From Candidatus Iainarchaeum sp. (GTDB lineage: Archaea > Iainarchaeota > Iainarchaeia > Iainarchaeales > 0-14-0-20-30-16): a stretch of 18,617 bases of DNA. The position numbers were made by a program, and so were the translations under genes. The notes beneath the pieces were generated by a model. The model made no database searches. It saw only the letters and a list, made by a program, of their open reading frames with translations, and was not told the origin of the DNA. The stretch is from contig CAIWXP010000190.1 of assembly GCA_903916665.1 (NCBI GenBank), positions 1-18,617 on the forward strand. Direction: 5' to 3'. Below are positions 14,827 to 18,617 of the stretch, in pieces. Numbering within the stretch: the stretch's first letter is position 1; each line of letters opens with the position of its first letter.

Positions 14827-14846
14827 TGATATATAATATTTATAAA
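14827..14846 (-). promoter_or_regulatory. T/A boxes (incl. palindromic tttataaa at 14839-14846) for the rps15-rps3ae unit
   Basis: The centre (~14842) would give a ~40-nt leader containing the SD of rps15. Confidence 0.3.
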
Positions 14847-14860
14847 GGAGTGGCTAATTT

Positions 14861-14901
14861 CTAAGCTTAGGGCCTAAGGCAAAAGGACAGGTTTCCCTTG
14901 C
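14861..14901. other. GC-enriched palindromic or structured island between two minus-strand transcription units
   Basis: CTAAGCTTAG (14861-14870) is a perfect 10-bp palindrome. It overlaps CTTAGG-G-CCTAAG (14866-14878). Next comes a stem-loop at 14879-14901 that pairs better as minus-strand RNA (GCAAGGGA-aaccug-UCCUUUUGC, including a G-U pair). Confidence 0.35.
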
Positions 14902-14918
14902 TTTAATATATATAAAAA

Positions 14919-15356
14919 TTAATGATCGTGATGATCAACAACCATGCTTATTGCATTAGATATTCTTAACGCAATAACTACTCTATTTTCATTCAATGTT
15001 CTGTTAACTTCAGAAACAAATTCTTGTCTTATTGCATCTCTTTTTTTGCCAGATGCTCTTACATATTCATAGAATGCGGTTCTTATTTTTGGATTTAAAC
15101 ACAATCTTTCTAATACCATAGTAGCACCAGCATTTGATAGTTTAGACTCTTGCATTAAAGCTGGTTTTAAAGATCTAGTTAAATGCCAAAATAAATCTCC
15201 AACAGAACCAGGAATAATTCTGTGAGTTGTTATTTGTCCAGGCTTTGCTACTAAATCTCTTGGATCTACTGCTCTTATGTCTTTTAAAATTAAATCAGTT
15301 TCACTTGTATTTTTACGCCTAGAAAAAAATTCTTTAAATTTTCTAAATATTGCCAA
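14919..15356 (-). CDS. hypothetical protein (145 aa), TTG start, HHDH C-terminus
   Basis: A 145-codon open frame in AT-rich DNA, lying 6 nt downstream of the Nudix-like gene. GAGTGA, which embeds that gene's TGA stop, lies 6 nt upstream of TTG 15356. There is no in-frame ATG before aa 68. No TM segment and no recognisable family. Confidence 0.55.
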   Translation of the reverse strand: MAIFRKFKEFFSRRKNTSETDLILKDIRAVDPRDLVAKPGQITTHRIIPGSVGDLFWHLTRSLKPALMQESKLSNAGATMVLERLCLNPKIRTAFYEYVRASGKKRDAIRQEFVSEVNRTLNENRVVIALRISNAISMVVDHHDH

Positions 15357-15362
15357 AATAAT

Positions 15363-15818
15363 TCACTCTTTTTTCTTATTTGAAAATGTTTGTGAGCCCA
15401 ACATTAATATTCTGAAATAATTATTCATTACTATTTTATGATCATACATATAATCTTGGTTTGCAACATCAACTAAAGACATCAAATATAATTCATAATC
15501 TTTGCCATCTGCTTTTAATTTATCATTAAATTCTTTTATTAATTTATCTGCATGTTCTTGCAACATATCAACATGCGTAATATAATAAACACTAATTGTT
15601 CTTTCAGGATAATTTCTATCCAATGCATCATATACTCCAAACATCGCAGTAGGAATAATATTTAATCCTGTTTTCTCTTGTATACTTCTAACACAGGATA
15701 ATTTTAATAATTCATCTTCTTTGATATAATCTTCTGGTATAGAATATTTTCCATTTGAATTTTTTATCATTAATAAATTGTTATTAATATTAACTATACA
15801 ACCACTTGTAATTTTCAT
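15363..15818 (-). CDS. Nudix-fold protein with a degenerate Nudix box
   Basis: SGCIVNINNNLLMIKNSNGKYSIPEDYIKEDELLKLSCVRSIQEKTGL follows the Nudix pattern (beta strands, then E-x7-R-E-x-x-E-E-x-G-L). However, RE is replaced by RS, EE by EK, and the Gx5E spacing is shifted. GGTGAG lies 3 nt upstream of the ATG. Confidence 0.55.
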   Translation of the reverse strand: MKITSGCIVNINNNLLMIKNSNGKYSIPEDYIKEDELLKLSCVRSIQEKTGLNIIPTAMFGVYDALDRNYPERTISVYYITHVDMLQEHADKLIKEFNDKLKADGKDYELYLMSLVDVANQDYMYDHKIVMNNYFRILMLGSQTFSNKKKE

Positions 15819-15827
15819 AGTCTCACC

Positions 15828-16292
15828 TTAATTTTTATATCCTCTATCATAAACATTTAAATCGCATTTTATTTGACATTGCGAATCATCATTTATAGGG
15901 TTACAAGTAACACCAACATCTACAACAAAAGTATCCTTAAAAGCAATATAATTTTCATTGGGATTTTCCAAATTTACTTTAATGGCTTCATCAGTACTAA
16001 GAGTTATACAACTTGTTCCCAAACCTGTTTCTTCAGATAATGCTTTTTTAGATATTGCTTTGCCTTTTTCTAAAGAAAAATCATTGATAACATATTCCGT
16101 GCCTATTGGATTTTTCATGGCCATTAGTATTTTATTTGAAAAAACTTCTTCGCTTAAATATGTTTTTTGTGTTCCCATCATAACAATTATAGAATAAATT
16201 ATTCCTACTATTGCCAAACCTACAACCGCACCAATTAATATTTTAAAAACACTTCCGGCCTGCCCTCTACTATCAATAAATTGCTTAGCCAC
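15828..16292 (-). CDS. type IV pilin-like protein with a class III (prepilin) signal peptide
   Basis: The N-terminus MAKQFIDSRG|QAGSVFKILIGAVVGLAIVGIIYSIIVMM has a short charged leader ending in RGQ, then a long hydrophobic helix, as in archaeal pilins. The mature part has 4 Cys. The GTG start overlaps the upstream stop by 8 nt (GTGGCTAA), with AGGTGGT upstream. Confidence 0.65.
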   Translation of the reverse strand: MAKQFIDSRGQAGSVFKILIGAVVGLAIVGIIYSIIVMMGTQKTYLSEEVFSNKILMAMKNPIGTEYVINDFSLEKGKAISKKALSEETGLGTSCITLSTDEAIKVNLENPNENYIAFKDTFVVDVGVTCNPINDDSQCQIKCDLNVYDRGYKN

Positions 16293-18591
16293 CTAAACCA
16301 CCTAATAATAAAGAGGCACCCATTGATGCTAAAATAAAAACTACCACGGCAACAGGAATCATATAGGCCATATTCATTTTCATTTGAATTGGATTATCAC
16401 TTTGAACTCTACTAATAAAGTATACCAAAGCCAAAACTACCAAAATTAAATTTATAGATAATATTAAATTAAAAGCAAACGGACTTGCAATACTTCCAAT
16501 TGCATTTGGATTTACTGCCCCCATAACTTTGCTTGGATCTAAAGAACTCATACTTGAACTACCTAATGCACTTGTTGAAGATGACGATGAACTACTTGAC
16601 ATTCCTGATGATCCTAAAGAACTCAATGTTAATATTACTACTTTCTGTATTGCAGACACCATACCTAAAACAGCAGGCGCAATCATTGATACCATTGTGG
16701 TCATCATTTCTCTAACATCATCGGTTAATTTTTCAACAGTTACTTTAATATCTTCGATATTTTTTAATTGAGTTGAAATAGATAAAATTGTTTTTGCAAC
16801 TGTGGTTACACCTAATTGAGAAGAATCAGAAATAATTTTCATATTATTTTTTATCAAAACACTGGGATTATTTTTTAATGCACCAAATAAAGGATCAAAT
16901 AATGCTTGATCTAAAGGCATACCTAACAAATTAATATTGTCTACAACCTTTGCTAATAAATCCTGTGAAATTACCAAATCAGGGAAAAAATGCATAGTAT
17001 CTTTCAACGCGGTTTCCATTGGTTTTCCTTCACTTAAACGGGACGCCAAAATAAATAATACTTCTCTAAAATTAGATTCCATATCAATATAATAATCCTG
17101 TATTTTTTTCTTATATACTGCAGTTAAATAACAATATAATGCAATCAGTAGTGCCAGTGTTAAAACTATACCGTATAAAATATAATAGGGTGTTGTATCA
17201 TGTCCATCTTTCAACGAATATAATAATTTTTGCGTAGCCACTGTGCTATTATATTCATCCGTATCTTTTGCAATCTTCTTTCCAGTTGTTGCAATATAAC
17301 TATCTGCCATCATTTGAAAATAACTATCTGGATTGTCAATATAATTTTGTGGCAAATTATCTTTTATCATTGTTTTTTCTAAAGTAACACCAAATTGATA
17401 TTGTAGGAAAATACTTAATCCTACACCTATAATTAATACCAAAGCTAAAAGAACAAAAACATTCATTTCAAATTTTCCAATTCTAAAATTATTTTTTTTA
17501 GGAACTCCTTTATAATTATCTGGAATCACTGGTGTGTGATATAATAAAGGAACACTTCGTGATATTTTTTTTCCGTAAAAAAATACAAACATGGGTATTG
17601 CAACATCATATAAAATAAATAAAACATAGGGATTAGAAAATGGTAATCCTGCAAACACAGAACCAATGGGCAAAATAATTACTAATAATAATGGTAATAA
17701 AACACCAACATAAAATAAAACTAAACTTGGTTGTGATAATTGTCTTGCATAGGTTTCCATTTTTAATTTAATTGCATCCAATAAATTCTCAGTTGTTTTA
17801 TCCAATAATTCTGAACGTCTTGCCTCATTATCTTCAACCATTGCAGATTTAATCATCATTACTGCTTCTTTAAAATCTAAAGAATAGGCTTTCCATCTAT
17901 AGGCGATATAATCTAAACCTTCCGAAACACTTGAATAAACTCCAATATTTGTATCCCAAATTGCTTTTCTAAAATCTTCTGCTAAATGACCTTCTCCTTG
18001 TTGTGATGCAAAAAGAATTGCTCGTTCTAAATTTGGAACTAGTTTCAAATACATTGTTAAATAGCCAATCATCGCTGGCAAATAGGTTAGTGATTGCCTT
18101 TTTTCTTCCTCTGCTTTTACCAAAGGATAATTTGATGCAGCATAGATTAAATATCCTGCAATACCTCCCAAAACAGCCAATGATACTGCAATAACAATCA
18201 ATGGATCAATGGAAGATAATGCATCAATACTTTGTGCCAAAAAATAAAAAAGAATGTATATAAGAATTAATAAAACAAAAACAATTCCCAAACTAAAAAC
18301 TGCAACAGTCATTACAAAAGCATCATATTCTTCTGGCTTCAGTTTCCAACCCAAAAATAAAACTGCATCTTTAACTTTTTTATGCAAGTTTCCTTTTCCC
18401 AAAGCAGGAAATTGTTTGTATGCTTTTTTACACCATCCAACATATTTTGGATCTTGAATATTTTTATCCTGGGTTTTATTTTCTTCTAAATTTTGTTCCC
18501 CTTTAATGCCACGATACAAAGCACCTAGATTAACATCCTGTGGTGCTTTTTGATTTACAATATGATTTTCTTGATTATTTGTATCTGACAT
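16285..18591 (-). CDS. polytopic membrane protein, FlaJ/TadC/PilC-like type IV pilus platform (two T2SSF-like cytosolic domains)
   Basis: 768 aa with about 9 TM helices. Two ~125-aa helical soluble domains (aa ~155-285 and ~500-625) are each followed by TM hairpins, which is the duplicated T2SSF architecture. It is translationally coupled to a pilin-like gene. No HMM search was run. AAGTGA lies 4 nt upstream of ATG 18591. Confidence 0.6.
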   Translation of the reverse strand: MSDTNNQENHIVNQKAPQDVNLGALYRGIKGEQNLEENKTQDKNIQDPKYVGWCKKAYKQFPALGKGNLHKKVKDAVLFLGWKLKPEEYDAFVMTVAVFSLGIVFVLLILIYILFYFLAQSIDALSSIDPLIVIAVSLAVLGGIAGYLIYAASNYPLVKAEEEKRQSLTYLPAMIGYLTMYLKLVPNLERAILFASQQGEGHLAEDFRKAIWDTNIGVYSSVSEGLDYIAYRWKAYSLDFKEAVMMIKSAMVEDNEARRSELLDKTTENLLDAIKLKMETYARQLSQPSLVLFYVGVLLPLLLVIILPIGSVFAGLPFSNPYVLFILYDVAIPMFVFFYGKKISRSVPLLYHTPVIPDNYKGVPKKNNFRIGKFEMNVFVLLALVLIIGVGLSIFLQYQFGVTLEKTMIKDNLPQNYIDNPDSYFQMMADSYIATTGKKIAKDTDEYNSTVATQKLLYSLKDGHDTTPYYILYGIVLTLALLIALYCYLTAVYKKKIQDYYIDMESNFREVLFILASRLSEGKPMETALKDTMHFFPDLVISQDLLAKVVDNINLLGMPLDQALFDPLFGALKNNPSVLIKNNMKIISDSSQLGVTTVAKTILSISTQLKNIEDIKVTVEKLTDDVREMMTTMVSMIAPAVLGMVSAIQKVVILTLSSLGSSGMSSSSSSSSTSALGSSSMSSLDPSKVMGAVNPNAIGSIASPFAFNLILSINLILVVLALVYFISRVQSDNPIQMKMNMAYMIPVAVVVFILASMGASLLLGGLGG
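16528..16626 (-). repeat. Ser-rich low-complexity coding tract with an in-frame 12-nt direct repeat
   Basis: It encodes LSSLGSSGMSSSSSSSSTSALGSSSMSSLDPSK between two TM regions of the platform protein. The 12-mer ctaaagaactca occurs at 16539-16550 and again at 16614-16625, 75 nt apart and in frame. Confidence 0.7.
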
Positions 18592-18617
18592 ATTTTCACT
18601 TATTTATTTTTTAAAAA

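Noticed and set aside
14921-14935. aatgatcgtgatgatc contains a C-box-like GTGATGA on the plus strand, hinting at a C/D box sRNA.
   Set aside because: It is simply the reverse complement of the His/Asp codons (HHDH) at the end of the 14919-15356 ORF. No D box (CTGA) or C'/D' pair lies at a suitable distance.
15958-18457. ORF-track entries 15958-16197, 16529-16771, 16533-16715, 18003-18194 and 18254-18457 (all +).
   Set aside because: They lie antisense within the pilin-like and platform genes. They are short and compositionally biased, and no promoter or SD is evident.
1-18617. Search by eye for CRISPR repeats, tRNA or rRNA genes, transposases, integrases, and long direct or terminal inverted repeats.
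   Set aside because: None was found. Intergenic gaps are short (at most ~150 nt) and are accounted for by promoters, hairpins and palindromes. A computational scan (tRNAscan-SE, Infernal, minced) would be needed to be definitive.

Overview
This is a strongly AT-rich, tightly packed chromosomal segment from an archaeon. I did not compute base composition, and the lineage cannot be fixed from this window. Its compact, divergent proteins fit a small-genome, DPANN-like organism, but that is inference. All identifications rest on motif and architecture recognition in the supplied translations; no database search was run.

I support 23 protein-coding genes and found no rRNA, tRNA, CRISPR array, transposase or integrase.

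- **Recognisable core genes:** aCPSF1/FttA beta-CASP RNase next to proteasome beta subunit psmB, RNase HII, ribosomal proteins eS1 (S3Ae) and uS15, Bud32 kinase, Taw3/TYW3 methyltransferase, a MarC-family membrane protein, UPF0147, a DsbA-like oxidoreductase, a DUF2207 membrane protein, an orphan Leu/Ile/Val-type solute-binding protein, and a covalently duplicated Lrp/AsnC regulator.
- **Expression signals:** the first genes of transcription units look leaderless, with a T/A box about 25 nt upstream of the start codon. Internal operon genes carry GGTGAT, GAGTGA or AGTGAT Shine-Dalgarno-like sites and often use GTG or TTG starts.
- **Best candidates for something undescribed:**
  1. The right-hand minus-strand operon (14919-18591). 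It couples an oversized FlaJ/TadC-like platform protein, a Cys-rich pilin with a class III signal, a Nudix-fold protein with a degenerate catalytic box, and a TTG-initiated unknown.
  2. A divergent pair (6943-8495) of a nucleoside 2-deoxyribosyltransferase-like protein and a 358-aa unknown, arranged symmetrically around one T/A box.
  3. The orphan solute-binding protein plus tandem-Lrp pair (1960-4193).
- **Non-coding structure:** there are also several hairpins and palindromes that the genes do not explain.
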